A stretch of DNA of 62,953 nucleotides, the filler included. It is 5 parts of 5 records of this genome, joined end to end, with 100 filler letters (N's around TTAATTAATTAA, not from the genome) between each part and the next. Parts side by side here need not be neighbours in the genome. Positions count along the whole stretch, not along the records: positions 1 to 15,535 come from SRR20825010_2085; 4 more parts are not named here. One strand, written 5' to 3'. This document shows positions 1 to 9,712 of this stretch, piece by piece (positions within the stretch are counted from its first letter, which is position 1; the number at the start of each line of letters is the position of its first letter). A program made the translations under genes and the position numbers. The notes beneath the pieces are model-generated. The model searched no databases. It saw only the letters and a program-made list of their open reading frames with translations, and was not told the origin of the DNA.

Positions 1-659
1 ACCATGGTGGTGTGGCTGTCGGTGCCGACCAGCGTGTCCGGATAGGCAATCGTCTTGCCGTCCTCGTCCTTCGTCCAGACGGTCTGGGCCAGATGCTCCA
101 GGTTGACCTGGTGGCAAATGCCGGTTCCCGGCGGAACAACGCGAAAATTGCGGAATGCCTTGGAGCCCCAGCGCAGGAACTCATAACGCTCGCCGTTCCG
201 CTCGAACTCCAGATCGACGTTTTTCTTGAACGAGTCGGGACTGCCGAACGCATCAACCATGACCGAATGATCGATCACCAGGTCGACGGGGGATAGCGGA
301 TTGATCTTTTCCGGATCGCCACCGAGCTCGGTCATCGCATCGCGCATGGCGGCGAGATCGACCACGGCCGGAACACCGGTGAAGTCCTGCATCAGGACCC
401 TGGCCGGGCGGTAGGCGATTTCACGGGAAGACTTCTTGTTCTTTACCCATTCGGACAGCGCCTTCACATCGTCCAGGGTGACTGTGCGCCCGTCTTCGTA
501 ACGCAACAGGTTTTCCAGCAGCACTTTCAGCGAGTGCGGAAGCTTGCGAATCTCCGGAAACCCGGCATCCGCCATGGCTTCGAGACTGTAATAATCATAG
601 CTTTTCCCGGCCGCCTTGAGCGTACGTCGGGTTTTCAGGCTGTCTTGGCCAGCAGTCAC
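1..659 (-). CDS. acnA: Aconitate hydratase A, 5' part (runs off the window start)
   Basis: Missing from the ORF track. Manual minus-strand translation gives [26 protein letters not shown]...[18 protein letters not shown]...[16 protein letters not shown], which are aconitase motifs. GTG start at 659 follows AGGAG; alternative in-frame ATG at 665. Confidence 0.95.
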   Translation of the reverse strand, partial: MTAGQDSLKTRRTLKAAGKSYDYYSLEAMADAGFPEIRKLPHSLKVLLENLLRYEDGRTVTLDDVKALSEWVKNKKSSREIAYRPARVLMQDFTGVPAVVDLAAMRDAMTELGGDPEKINPLSPVDLVIDHSVMVDAFGSPDSFKKNVDLEFERNGERYEFLRWGSKAFRNFRVVPPGTGICHQVNLEHLAQTVWTKDEDGKTIAYPDTLVGTDSHTTM

Positions 660-1121
660 TTTCATCTCCTAATTTGAGCTCGGTGATGACGGCCGCCCGA
701 GGAGCGCCTCGGCCCGGTCTCTCCCAATTAACTTTTTTGGCGCGGGTGGAGAGCGCTCCGAAACGCGCACCCTTTATATAGGAAACTCCACCGGAAAGTG
801 CCAGTGAACAGTGTTCAGGCGTCCCTGAGATTTTGCGAAATTCAGTTCCGCAAATTGCAAAAATCAAAATTATCTTGTTGACCTTGGAACGAGTGCATCC
901 AAAAATCGGCACCGATGACGAGGTCCGGCGCAATGTCGCCAGACCCGGAAATAACAAATGGTCCGAAGCTGATCATCTGCGGCAAACGTGGAGGTCAAGG
1001 GCCAGGACAGACAGGGAGGAACGGCTCGCGGCGACACGCCACGAGTGTATCCACAGCTATAACTCATAGCAGAGCTCCGTCTGCGCCTGCCCGGTTTCGG
1101 TCCGAGTAATAGGGACGGAAA

Positions 1122-3053
1122 ATGGCGTACGAATACCCGGACGCTTCGGTTTACGACACGTTGCCGAAGCTCCTCCGCTTCAATGCGGAACGGTTTCCCA
1201 ATGACGTTGCGCTGCGCGAGAAGGATTTCGGTGTCTGGGCCGAATTCACCTGGGCCGAGTATCTGGAGCGGGTCCGTAATCTCGCGCTTGCCCTGAGTGA
1301 AGCCGGTCTAGTCAAGGGCGATGTCTTCTCCATCATCGGCGACAACAATGTGGACTGGATCTGCGCCGAACTCGCGGCCCAGTCCGTCGGCGCGATGACC
1401 ATCGGTTTCTATCGCGACGTGCTGGAAGACGAGATCGCCTATCTCACCGGCTACAGCGCGGCCCGGATGGCCTATGCCGAGGATCAGGAGCAGGTCGACA
1501 AATTTCTCAATCTCGGCGACCGCGCCGGGACGATCGAGAAAATCATCTATTCCAATACGCGCGGCATGCGCAAATTCGACGATCCGCGCATCGTCAGCTT
1601 CGACGATCTGGTCGCCCGCGGAGCCGAGATCCATGCCGCCTCGCCAGAATTGTTTGACCAGATGGTCGACAATGTGACGGGCGAGGATATAGCCATTCTC
1701 TGCACCACCTCGGGCACCACCTCCAATCCGAAGCTGGCGGAGCTGCCGCACGGCAACTTTGTCCGCCACACCCAGCTTTACCTGAAGACAGACCCCAAGG
1801 ACTCGACGGACGAATATGTCTCCGTGTTGCCGATGCCCTGGATCATGGAGCAGGTCTATACCATCGGCTTTGGCCTGAATTCCCGCATGAAGGTAAGTTT
1901 CCCGGAGAGCGAGGAAACTGCGATGCACGATCTGCGCGAAGTCGGCCCCACCTTCATGCTGTTGGCTCCGCGCGTCCTGGAACAGATCGCCGCCGACATG
2001 CGGGCCCGGGTGATGGATGCGGGACCACTGACCCAGTGGATCTTTGACAAGGGCGTCCAGCTCGGCCGCGAGGCCGTGGAAAAAGGCGGCAAATCCTGGC
2101 TGGCCGAAGTTGCTCTGTTCGGCGCCCTGCGCGACCGGCTCGGCTTCGCCAATGTGCGCTCCGCCGCCACCGGTGGCGCCGCCATGGGGCCGGATACTTT
2201 CAAACTGTTCCTCGCCATGGGCGTGCCGCTGAAGCAGCTTTACGGCCAGACCGAACTGCTCGGCGCCTATACCCTGCAGGACGGCAAGGAAATCGATGTC
2301 GATACGGTCGGCGTGCCCTTCGAAGGCTGTGAGGTGAAGATCATCGATGCCGATAGCGACGGTGTCGGCGAGATCATCACCCGGCACCCGAACATGTTCC
2401 GTGGCTTTCACAAGAACGAGGAAGCCACCAAGGAGGACATGAAGGACGGCTGGATGCATACCGGCGATGCAGGCTTCTTCGACAGCAAGGGCCGGCTGAC
2501 GGTGATCGACCGGGTCAAGGACATTGCCCAGACCCGCACCGGTACGAAGTTCTCGCCGCAATATATCGAGAACAAACTGAAATTCTCGCCCTATATCGGC
2601 GAGGCAGTAATCCTCGGGGCAGGACAGGACTATCTGACGGCGATCATCTGCGTGCGCTTCTCCATTGTCTCTAAATGGGCGGAGAAAGCCCGCATCCCGT
2701 TCACCTCCTACACCAACCTTTCGGACCGGCCGGAAATCTACGCGCTGGTCCGCGACGAGATCGCCCATGTGAACGAAAGCCTTCCAGACACTCAGAAAAT
2801 CCGGAAGTTCCTGCTTCTTTATAAAGAGCTGGACGCGGATGACGGCGAGCTGACGCGCACCCGCAAGGTCCGCCGCAGCGTCATCTCCGAGCGTTATGGT
2901 CCGATCATCGAAGCGCTGTACGGCGATGGCGACAGGGCCGAAATGAATTCCGAAGTGACGTTCGAGGATGGCCGCAAAGGCAATATCCAGGCGTCCATGC
3001 ACATCATGCAAGTCGACGGCGCCACAGCGCCGGCAATGAAAAAGGCAGGCTGA
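1122..3053 (+). CDS. Long-chain acyl-CoA synthetase (AMP-binding family)
   Basis: 643 aa with adenylation motifs TTSGTTSNPK, YGQTE and WMHTGDAG, plus C-terminal DDGELTRTRKVRR. Confidence 0.9.
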   Translation: MAYEYPDASVYDTLPKLLRFNAERFPNDVALREKDFGVWAEFTWAEYLERVRNLALALSEAGLVKGDVFSIIGDNNVDWICAELAAQSVGAMTIGFYRDVLEDEIAYLTGYSAARMAYAEDQEQVDKFLNLGDRAGTIEKIIYSNTRGMRKFDDPRIVSFDDLVARGAEIHAASPELFDQMVDNVTGEDIAILCTTSGTTSNPKLAELPHGNFVRHTQLYLKTDPKDSTDEYVSVLPMPWIMEQVYTIGFGLNSRMKVSFPESEETAMHDLREVGPTFMLLAPRVLEQIAADMRARVMDAGPLTQWIFDKGVQLGREAVEKGGKSWLAEVALFGALRDRLGFANVRSAATGGAAMGPDTFKLFLAMGVPLKQLYGQTELLGAYTLQDGKEIDVDTVGVPFEGCEVKIIDADSDGVGEIITRHPNMFRGFHKNEEATKEDMKDGWMHTGDAGFFDSKGRLTVIDRVKDIAQTRTGTKFSPQYIENKLKFSPYIGEAVILGAGQDYLTAIICVRFSIVSKWAEKARIPFTSYTNLSDRPEIYALVRDEIAHVNESLPDTQKIRKFLLLYKELDADDGELTRTRKVRRSVISERYGPIIEALYGDGDRAEMNSEVTFEDGRKGNIQASMHIMQVDGATAPAMKKAG

Positions 3054-3056
3054 TCC

Positions 3057-3899
3057 GTGGCTGAAGCACAAGTAATAGAGTCTGGCGGGAGGGATCTTCC
3101 CTCTGGCGGCGTCGATACGCGGATCATCGGCGATCCGGTCCTGGCGGTCGAAAATATCGTGGTGAAATTCGGCGGGGTAACCGCCATCAATGATGTCAGC
3201 TTTGACGTCCGAAAGGGTGAGATCAGGGCAATCATCGGCCCGAACGGGGCCGGGAAATCGTCGATGCTGAATGTCCTGAACGGCTTCTACAAGCCGCGCT
3301 CGGGGCAGATCCACTTCGCCGGCAAGACCTTCCCGTCCATGGATCCGTATTTCGCCGCCTCGAACGGTATCGCCCGGACTTTTCAGAACATCGCCCTGTT
3401 CCGCGGCATGAGCACGCTCGACAACCTGATGACCGGACGTCTGCTGAAGATGAAGTCAAACTTCTTCTGGCAATGCCTCTATTTCGGCCCGGCCCAGAAG
3501 GAAGAGCTGGCAAATCGGGAACATGTGGAAAAGGTGATCGACTTTCTGGAGATCCAGCCGATCCGCCGCACGCCCGTCGGCCGCCTGCCCTACGGGTTGC
3601 AAAAGCGGGTCGAACTCGGCCGCGCTCTGGCGATGGATCCCGATATTCTCCTGCTCGACGAGCCGATGGCCGGCATGAATGTCGAGGAAAAGGAGGATAT
3701 GTCCCGCTTCATCATGGATGTGAACGAGGAGTTCGGCACCACCGTGGTCCTGATCGAACATGACATGGGCGTGGTCATGGACCTGTCCGACCGTGTCGTC
3801 GTGCTGGATTACGGTAGCAAGATCGCCGACGGCACGCCCGACGAGGTCCGCGCCAACCAGAATGTCATCGATGCCTATCTCGGCGTCAGCCACGAATAG
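3057..3899 (+). CDS. LIV-type ABC transporter ATP-binding protein (LivG-like)
   Basis: Walker A GPNGAGKS, IARTFQN, LPYGLQKRVE, LLLDEP, EHDM, AYLG. Confidence 0.92.
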   Translation: MAEAQVIESGGRDLPSGGVDTRIIGDPVLAVENIVVKFGGVTAINDVSFDVRKGEIRAIIGPNGAGKSSMLNVLNGFYKPRSGQIHFAGKTFPSMDPYFAASNGIARTFQNIALFRGMSTLDNLMTGRLLKMKSNFFWQCLYFGPAQKEELANREHVEKVIDFLEIQPIRRTPVGRLPYGLQKRVELGRALAMDPDILLLDEPMAGMNVEEKEDMSRFIMDVNEEFGTTVVLIEHDMGVVMDLSDRVVVLDYGSKIADGTPDEVRANQNVIDAYLGVSHE

Positions 3900-3925
3900 C
3901 GCGCTGCGCCAGGGGAGATCGTACA

Positions 3926-4885
3926 GTGGAGTTTCTACACTCTTTAATGGTTCAGCCGTTCGTCGACATGGCGACCGAGCCTGCCTTTCTCATCGAAACC
4001 GTCATCAAGGGGCTGATGACCGGCGTGCTTTATTCGCTCGTCGCCCTCGGTTTCGTCCTTATTTTCAAGGCATCGGGCGTCTTCAACTTCGCCCAGGGCG
4101 TCATGGCCCTTTTCGCCGCCCTCACCCTCACCGGTCTGATGGAAATGATGGAGGGTACGGGCCTGCCGAAAGCGGCCATCGTGATCCTCGCCATTCTCGC
4201 CACCATCGTGGTGATGATCCTGCTCGCGATCGTTATCGAACGGTTTGTGCTCCGGCCATTGGTGAACCAGGAACTCATCATCCTGTTCATGGCAACCCTC
4301 GGGCTTTCCTACGTTCTGGAAGGCGTCGGCGATCTGCTCTGGGGCAGTGATGTGAAAGTTCTGGATATCGGTTTGCCGACCGACATCTGGGACATCAATG
4401 GCGTCTTCATCGAACAACTCGACGTCACCGCGGCTATCGCAGCCGGCTCACTGGTGGCTGTCCTTGCCCTGTTCTTCACCAAGACCCGGATCGGCCGCGC
4501 CCTCCGCGCTGTCGCCGACGACCATCAGGCAGCCCTCTCTGTCGGCATTTCGCTGCAGCAGATCTGGGTCATCGTCTGGTCCGTGGCGGGTATCGTCGCG
4601 CTCGTTGCCGGCATCATGTGGGGTAGCAAGTCCGGCGTACAGTTCAGCCTTTCGCTGATCGCCCTCAAGGCTCTCCCCGTTCTCATTCTCGGCGGCTTTA
4701 CCTCTATCCCGGGCGCCATTGTCGGCGGTCTCATCATCGGGCTTGGGGAAAAGATCGTCGAAGTCTTCTGGTACAGCGTCCATGGCGGTGCCGTGGAAAA
4801 CTGGTTCGCCTTCATGCTGGCCCTCGCCTTCCTGATGTTCAGGCCGCAGGGACTGTTCGGCGACAAGATCATCGAAAGGGTTTAA
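3926..4885 (+). CDS. LIV-type ABC transporter permease (LivH-like)
   Basis: Hydrophobic protein with FNFAQG, GRALRAVADD, ILGGFTSIPG and RPQGLFG. Confidence 0.9.
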   Translation: MEFLHSLMVQPFVDMATEPAFLIETVIKGLMTGVLYSLVALGFVLIFKASGVFNFAQGVMALFAALTLTGLMEMMEGTGLPKAAIVILAILATIVVMILLAIVIERFVLRPLVNQELIILFMATLGLSYVLEGVGDLLWGSDVKVLDIGLPTDIWDINGVFIEQLDVTAAIAAGSLVAVLALFFTKTRIGRALRAVADDHQAALSVGISLQQIWVIVWSVAGIVALVAGIMWGSKSGVQFSLSLIALKALPVLILGGFTSIPGAIVGGLIIGLGEKIVEVFWYSVHGGAVENWFAFMLALAFLMFRPQGLFGDKIIERV

Positions 4886-4890
4886 GTCCA

Positions 4891-5964
4891 ATGCTGTACC
4901 GTGAAACAGGCCAGTTCAAACGGAACTATGCGGCCGACCAGCAGCTCTTTCCGATCTTTCAGGACAAGATCCTGATGGCCATCATTCTGGTGGTCGCAAT
5001 CGGGATCATTCCCTTCGCGATCAATGATTACTGGTCGAAGGCCATCCTGCTGCCGTTCCTGATCTATGCGATGATCGCACTCGGCCTCAACATCCTCGTC
5101 GGCTATTGCGGCCAGATCTCGCTCGGCACCGGCGGTTTCATGGCGGTCGGCGCCTATAGCTCCTACAAGCTGTGTACGGCCTTCCCTGAAATGAACCTGA
5201 TCCTCGTGATCCTGCTTTCAGGCGGCTGCACGGCTGCGGTCGGAGTGCTGTTCGGCCTGCCGAGCCTCCGGATCAAGGGCTTCTACCTCGCCGTTGCCAC
5301 CCTTGCCGCCCAGTTCTTCCTAGTCTGGATGTTCAACAAGGTTCCCTGGTTCTACAATTACGACATGAGCCAGATCACGGCTCCCCCGCGGGAGGTGTTC
5401 GGCGTCCTCGTCACTGGTCCGCAGGCATCACCGGCCGCGCAATATCTCTTCGTGCTCGGTTTCGTCGCCGTCCTTACCTGGGTCGCCCTCAATCTCGTGC
5501 GCGGGCGCATCGGCCGAAGCTGGATGTCGATCCGCGACATGGACATCGCGGCCGAACTTCTCGGTATCCGGCCATTGCAGACCAAGCTGCTCGCCTTCGC
5601 CGTTTCATCTTTCTATGTCGGTATCGGCGGCGCGCTGATCTTCCATATCTGGCTCGGCACTGTCGAGGTGACGGAAGCCTTCGATATCCTGCAATCCTTC
5701 TTCGTCCTCTTCGCCATCATCATCGGCGGGCTCGGCAGCGTGCTCGGCTCCTTCCTTGGGGCTGCCTTCATGGCGCTGATGCCGGTCGGCCTTAAGGTTC
5801 TGATGGTGGACGGGCTTGGTGTCGTCGTCGACACCGCCAAGCATATCGAGGTCATGCTGGTCGGCAGCCTGATCATCTTCTTTCTTATCAAGGAGCCGCA
5901 TGGCCTTGCCCGGATGTGGCAAATCGCCAAGGAGAAGCTCCGTCTCTGGCCCTTCCCGTACTGA
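4891..5964 (+). CDS. LIV-type ABC transporter permease (LivM-like)
   Basis: GLNILVGYCGQISLG, LRIKGFYLAVATLA, IIGGLGS, EPHGLA. Confidence 0.9.
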   Translation: MLYRETGQFKRNYAADQQLFPIFQDKILMAIILVVAIGIIPFAINDYWSKAILLPFLIYAMIALGLNILVGYCGQISLGTGGFMAVGAYSSYKLCTAFPEMNLILVILLSGGCTAAVGVLFGLPSLRIKGFYLAVATLAAQFFLVWMFNKVPWFYNYDMSQITAPPREVFGVLVTGPQASPAAQYLFVLGFVAVLTWVALNLVRGRIGRSWMSIRDMDIAAELLGIRPLQTKLLAFAVSSFYVGIGGALIFHIWLGTVEVTEAFDILQSFFVLFAIIIGGLGSVLGSFLGAAFMALMPVGLKVLMVDGLGVVVDTAKHIEVMLVGSLIIFFLIKEPHGLARMWQIAKEKLRLWPFPY

Positions 5965-6070
5965 CGGGAGCGGCTGCGAACAAACGGTCGCCCGCGTGCG
6001 CAGCACTACGTGTACGTGGTCGTTTAATGAGCGGCAGGAAATGCGGCTCGCAATAGGGAGGCTAACAACC

Positions 6071-7399
6071 ATGAAATTTACAAGACTAGCATTGTCCATG
6101 GCTGCAGCCGGCGTCATCGCCGGCACGGCGATGGTGGATACGGCCAGGGCGGATTACGACGCCTACACCGTTCCAAACCTCGTCTACCGTACGGGACCCT
6201 ATGCTCCGAACGGCATCCCCGTCGCCAACGGGTTCCTCGATTATTTCAACATGATCAACGAGCGTGACGGCGGTATTGAGGGCATCAAGGTCAACGTCGT
6301 CGAGTGCGAGACCGCCTATAACACCAAGCAGGCTGTCGAGTGCTACGAGAACACCAAGAACGAAGGCCAGTCCGGCGCTCTTGCGATGAACCCGCACTCC
6401 ACCGGCGCGACATACGCTCTGATCCCGAAGGCCACCGAAGACAAGATTCCGCTTCTGACACTCGGCTATGGCCGGACCTCGGCTGCCAATGGCAAAATCT
6501 TCCCCTACATTTTCAATCCGCCCGGCACCTACTGGTCCCAGGCCACCGTCTTCATCAAGCATATCGCTGACAAGGAAGGCGGACTGGACAAACTGAAGGG
6601 CAAGAAGATCGCCCTCGTCTATCACAACTCCGCTTATGGCAAAGAGCCGATCAAGACCCTTGAGCTGCTCGCCAAGGAACATGACTTCGAGCTGGTACTG
6701 CTACCGGTGGATCATCCGGGTCAGGAACAGAAAGCCACCTGGCTGCAAGTCCGGCGCGCGAAGCCCGACTGGCTCCTGATGTGGGGCTGGGGCGTGATGA
6801 ATCAGGTTGCCCTGAAAGAAGCCGCCGCCATCCGTTTCCCGATGGACAAGTTCATCGGCGTCTGGTGGTCGGGTTCAGAAAATGACGTGGCCCCCGCAGG
6901 TGCCGCGGCAAAGGGATACCTTGCTGGCACCATGCACGCACCGGGCGATGATTTCGCTGCCTTGCACGACATCAAGAAGTACGTCTACGCCAAGAATAAC
7001 GGCGCCGGCGAGGAATCCCGGATCGGCGAAGTCCTCTATAACCGCGGTCTTCTGGAAGCGGTGCTGACGGCCGAAGCCATTCGGAATGCCATCAAGATCC
7101 ACGGCACCAAGGATGTTCGGGGCGAGCAGGTCCGGGACGGCTTTGAAGCCATCCAGCTTGGCGATGCCGATTTCGAGCGTCTTGGTCTCAAGGACTTCAT
7201 GCCTCCCGTCAACATCAGCTGCGAGAACCATGAAGGCGACGGCAAGATCGCCATCCAGCAGTGGGATCCCGATTCCGGCAAATGGACCATCGTGTCTGAC
7301 TGGATCGAGCCGATGCGTGATCTGGTGAGCGAGCTCGTGGAAGAGGATTCCACGGCATTCGCGGCAGAAAACAAGATTACGCCGCGCACCTGCGGCTAA
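6071..7399 (+). CDS. LIV-type ABC transporter periplasmic substrate-binding protein
   Basis: Signal peptide MKFTRLALSMAAAGVIAG after GGGAGG; YRTGPYAPNG, INERDGGIEG, PGQEQKATW. Start moved from the ORF-track 5900 to the ATG at 6071. Confidence 0.9.
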   Translation: MKFTRLALSMAAAGVIAGTAMVDTARADYDAYTVPNLVYRTGPYAPNGIPVANGFLDYFNMINERDGGIEGIKVNVVECETAYNTKQAVECYENTKNEGQSGALAMNPHSTGATYALIPKATEDKIPLLTLGYGRTSAANGKIFPYIFNPPGTYWSQATVFIKHIADKEGGLDKLKGKKIALVYHNSAYGKEPIKTLELLAKEHDFELVLLPVDHPGQEQKATWLQVRRAKPDWLLMWGWGVMNQVALKEAAAIRFPMDKFIGVWWSGSENDVAPAGAAAKGYLAGTMHAPGDDFAALHDIKKYVYAKNNGAGEESRIGEVLYNRGLLEAVLTAEAIRNAIKIHGTKDVRGEQVRDGFEAIQLGDADFERLGLKDFMPPVNISCENHEGDGKIAIQQWDPDSGKWTIVSDWIEPMRDLVSELVEEDSTAFAAENKITPRTCG

Positions 7400-7409
7400 C
7401 GACAAAAGC

Positions 7410-7436
7410 GGTGACGGCGCCCCGGGCGCCGTCACC
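7410..7436 (+). other. Intra-operonic 12-bp stem-loop after the SBP gene (likely mRNA stabiliser or attenuator)
   Basis: GGTGACGGCGCC-CCG-GGCGCCGTCACC, with no U-tract. Confidence 0.6.
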
Positions 7437-7451
7437 CTCCATCCGGAGGAA

Positions 7452-8291
7452 ATGCAAGTGACAGCGGTCGAACAGGATACCGGGGCAGAACAGCCGATAC
7501 TCCGCGTCAATAACATCGAGGTCATCTACGACCACGTCATTCTGGTCTTGAAAGGTGTTTCGCTGGAAGTGCCGCGCGGCGGTATCGTCGCCCTGCTCGG
7601 CGGTAACGGCGCCGGCAAGACCACCACACTGAAAGCCATCTCGAACCTGCTGAAGTCCGAACGCGGCGAGGTGACGAAAGGCACGATCGATTTCGAGGGG
7701 CAGCCGATCCAGTCGATGAACCCGCACCATCTGGTCGAGCGGGGCGTCATCCAGGTCATGGAAGGCCGCCACTGTTTTGAGCATCTGACTGTCGAGGAAA
7801 ACCTGATGACCGGCGCGTTTACGCGCGGCGGGGACAGGGCCGGCATCGCCCGGGATCTGGAGATGGTCTACAATTATTTCCCGCGCCTGCGAGAGCGGCG
7901 CAGTAGTCTGGCAGGCTATACTTCTGGCGGCGAACAGCAGATGGTTGCCATCGGCCGGGCACTGATGAGCCGCCCGAAAACCATCCTGCTGGACGAGCCG
8001 TCCATGGGGCTCGCCCCCCAGTTGGTAGAACAGATCTTCGAGATCGTGAAGAAGATCAACGAGCAGGAAGGTGTTTCCATCCTGCTGGCCGAGCAAAACA
8101 CCAACGTCGCCCTGCGTTACGCAAAATACGGCTACATCCTGGAAAACGGCCGGGTCGTCATGGAAGGCGATGCGGAAAGCCTGCGCTCGAACGAGGATGT
8201 GAAGGAATTCTATCTCGGCCTCAGCACCGGCGGCCGGAAGAGTTTCCGCGACGTGAAGCATTACCGCCGTCGCAAGCGCTGGCTCGGCTGA
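7452..8291 (+). CDS. LIV-type ABC transporter ATP-binding protein (LivF-like)
   Basis: GGNGAGKTT, SGGEQQM, LLDEPSMGLAP, AEQN, C-terminal KHYRRRKRWL. Confidence 0.92.
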   Translation: MQVTAVEQDTGAEQPILRVNNIEVIYDHVILVLKGVSLEVPRGGIVALLGGNGAGKTTTLKAISNLLKSERGEVTKGTIDFEGQPIQSMNPHHLVERGVIQVMEGRHCFEHLTVEENLMTGAFTRGGDRAGIARDLEMVYNYFPRLRERRSSLAGYTSGGEQQMVAIGRALMSRPKTILLDEPSMGLAPQLVEQIFEIVKKINEQEGVSILLAEQNTNVALRYAKYGYILENGRVVMEGDAESLRSNEDVKEFYLGLSTGGRKSFRDVKHYRRRKRWLG

Positions 8292-8330
8292 TCCATCGCC
8301 AAGCATTCAGGAATTAGGGACCGTACCGAC

Positions 8331-9569
8331 ATGAGCGGCGATTTTTACGACAGGCTTGAAACCCGCAGCACCGACGAACGCGAGGCCGCCCAGATGGCGG
8401 CCTTGTCCGCTCAGGTCGCCCTGGCCAAAGGCAAGACAGCCTATTTCGGCAAACTTCTGGCCGATATTGATCCTGGCGCGATCACCAGCCGCGCGGCCCT
8501 CGCAAGCCTGCCCGTCACCCGCAAAGGCGATTTGCTCGACCTGCAGAAAAGCACGCCCCCTTTTGGCGGCATGACATCCGTCGCCCCGAACGGCCTTGCC
8601 AGGCTCTATATGTCCCCCGGCCCCATCTATGATGCGGAAGGCCCCGAGCCCGATCCCTGGCGCTTTGCACGCACGCTTTACGCCGCCGGGTTCCGCAAGG
8701 GAGACATCCTGCATAATTGCTTCTCCTATCATCTGACCCCGGCCGGCATGATGGTCGACGGTGCAGCCCGCGCCATCGGCTGCGCCGTGTTCCCCGGTGG
8801 TGTCGGCAATACCGAAATGCAGGTTCAGGCCGCGGCAGATCTCAAGCCCGCGGGCTATAGCGGCACCCCGAGTTTCCTGAAGATCATTCTGGAAAAGGCC
8901 CGGGAGCTTGGCGCCGACATATCCAGCATGAAGAAAGGTCTCGTCGGCGGCGAGGCCCTGCCGCCGAGCCTGCGCAAGGAAATCGCCGAACTCGGATGCG
9001 GCGTCCTGCAATGCTATGGCACGGCCGATCTCGGCCTCGTCGCTTATGAGAGCCCGGCCCTTGAAGGCATGATACTGGACGAAGGCGTGATCGTCGAAAT
9101 CGTCCGCCCCGGCACGGGCGATCCAGTCGCCGAAGGCGAAGTCGGCGAGATTGTCGTCACGCCCCTGAACCAGAGCTATCCTCTCATCCGCTTTGGCACA
9201 GGGGACATGTCGGCTGTGCTCGCGGGGCCTAGCCCGTGCGGACGGACCAACCAGCGCATCAAGGGCTGGATGGGCCGCGCGGACCAAACCACCAAGATCA
9301 AGGGCATGTTCGTGCATCCGGAACAGGTTGCCGAAGTCGTTAAACGCCATCCGGAAATCTCGAAAGCACGCCTTATCGTCACCGGCAGGACCGGCGAGGA
9401 TGTCATGACACTGCATTGCGAGACTGGCGCATCCAGTGATGCTTTATCCGACGCCGTTGCTTCCAGCCTGCAATCCGTCACCAAACTTCGCGGTGCGGTC
9501 TCTCTGGTCACCGAGGGCAGCCTCGCTAATGACGGCAAGGTGATCGAGGATGCACGCAGCTACGAGTAG
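8331..9569 (+). CDS. Phenylacetate-CoA ligase (PaaK)-like AMP-binding protein
   Basis: SPGPIY, HNCFSYHLTPAG, YGTADLG, YPLIRFGTGD, GRADQTTKIKGMFVHP. Confidence 0.85.
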   Translation: MSGDFYDRLETRSTDEREAAQMAALSAQVALAKGKTAYFGKLLADIDPGAITSRAALASLPVTRKGDLLDLQKSTPPFGGMTSVAPNGLARLYMSPGPIYDAEGPEPDPWRFARTLYAAGFRKGDILHNCFSYHLTPAGMMVDGAARAIGCAVFPGGVGNTEMQVQAAADLKPAGYSGTPSFLKIILEKARELGADISSMKKGLVGGEALPPSLRKEIAELGCGVLQCYGTADLGLVAYESPALEGMILDEGVIVEIVRPGTGDPVAEGEVGEIVVTPLNQSYPLIRFGTGDMSAVLAGPSPCGRTNQRIKGWMGRADQTTKIKGMFVHPEQVAEVVKRHPEISKARLIVTGRTGEDVMTLHCETGASSDALSDAVASSLQSVTKLRGAVSLVTEGSLANDGKVIEDARSYE

Positions 9570-9712
9570 GTGCGCTATTGAGGAACGCCCCGGACGCTGA
9601 TTAATGCTCCGAGACTATCCCCCTCTTTCCCTCCATCCGCTGGCGCTGCTCCTCTCTTCGTTCCACAATCGGAAAACGGCAACGACCGTGACGACCGAGA
9701 GGGGGAGGAAAA

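Noticed and set aside
1308..3314. 668-aa antisense ORF, and similar ones at 41057-42475, 58846-60480, 30735-32321 and 25417-26628
   Set aside because: They are shadows of well-supported genes on the other strand. They are expected from high-GC codon bias and show no recognisable motifs.
5900..6070. Long N-terminal extensions in the ORF track (also 24251-24538, 40880-40990 and 52047-52130)
   Set aside because: Downstream ATGs with SD sequences or family-typical N-termini fit better.
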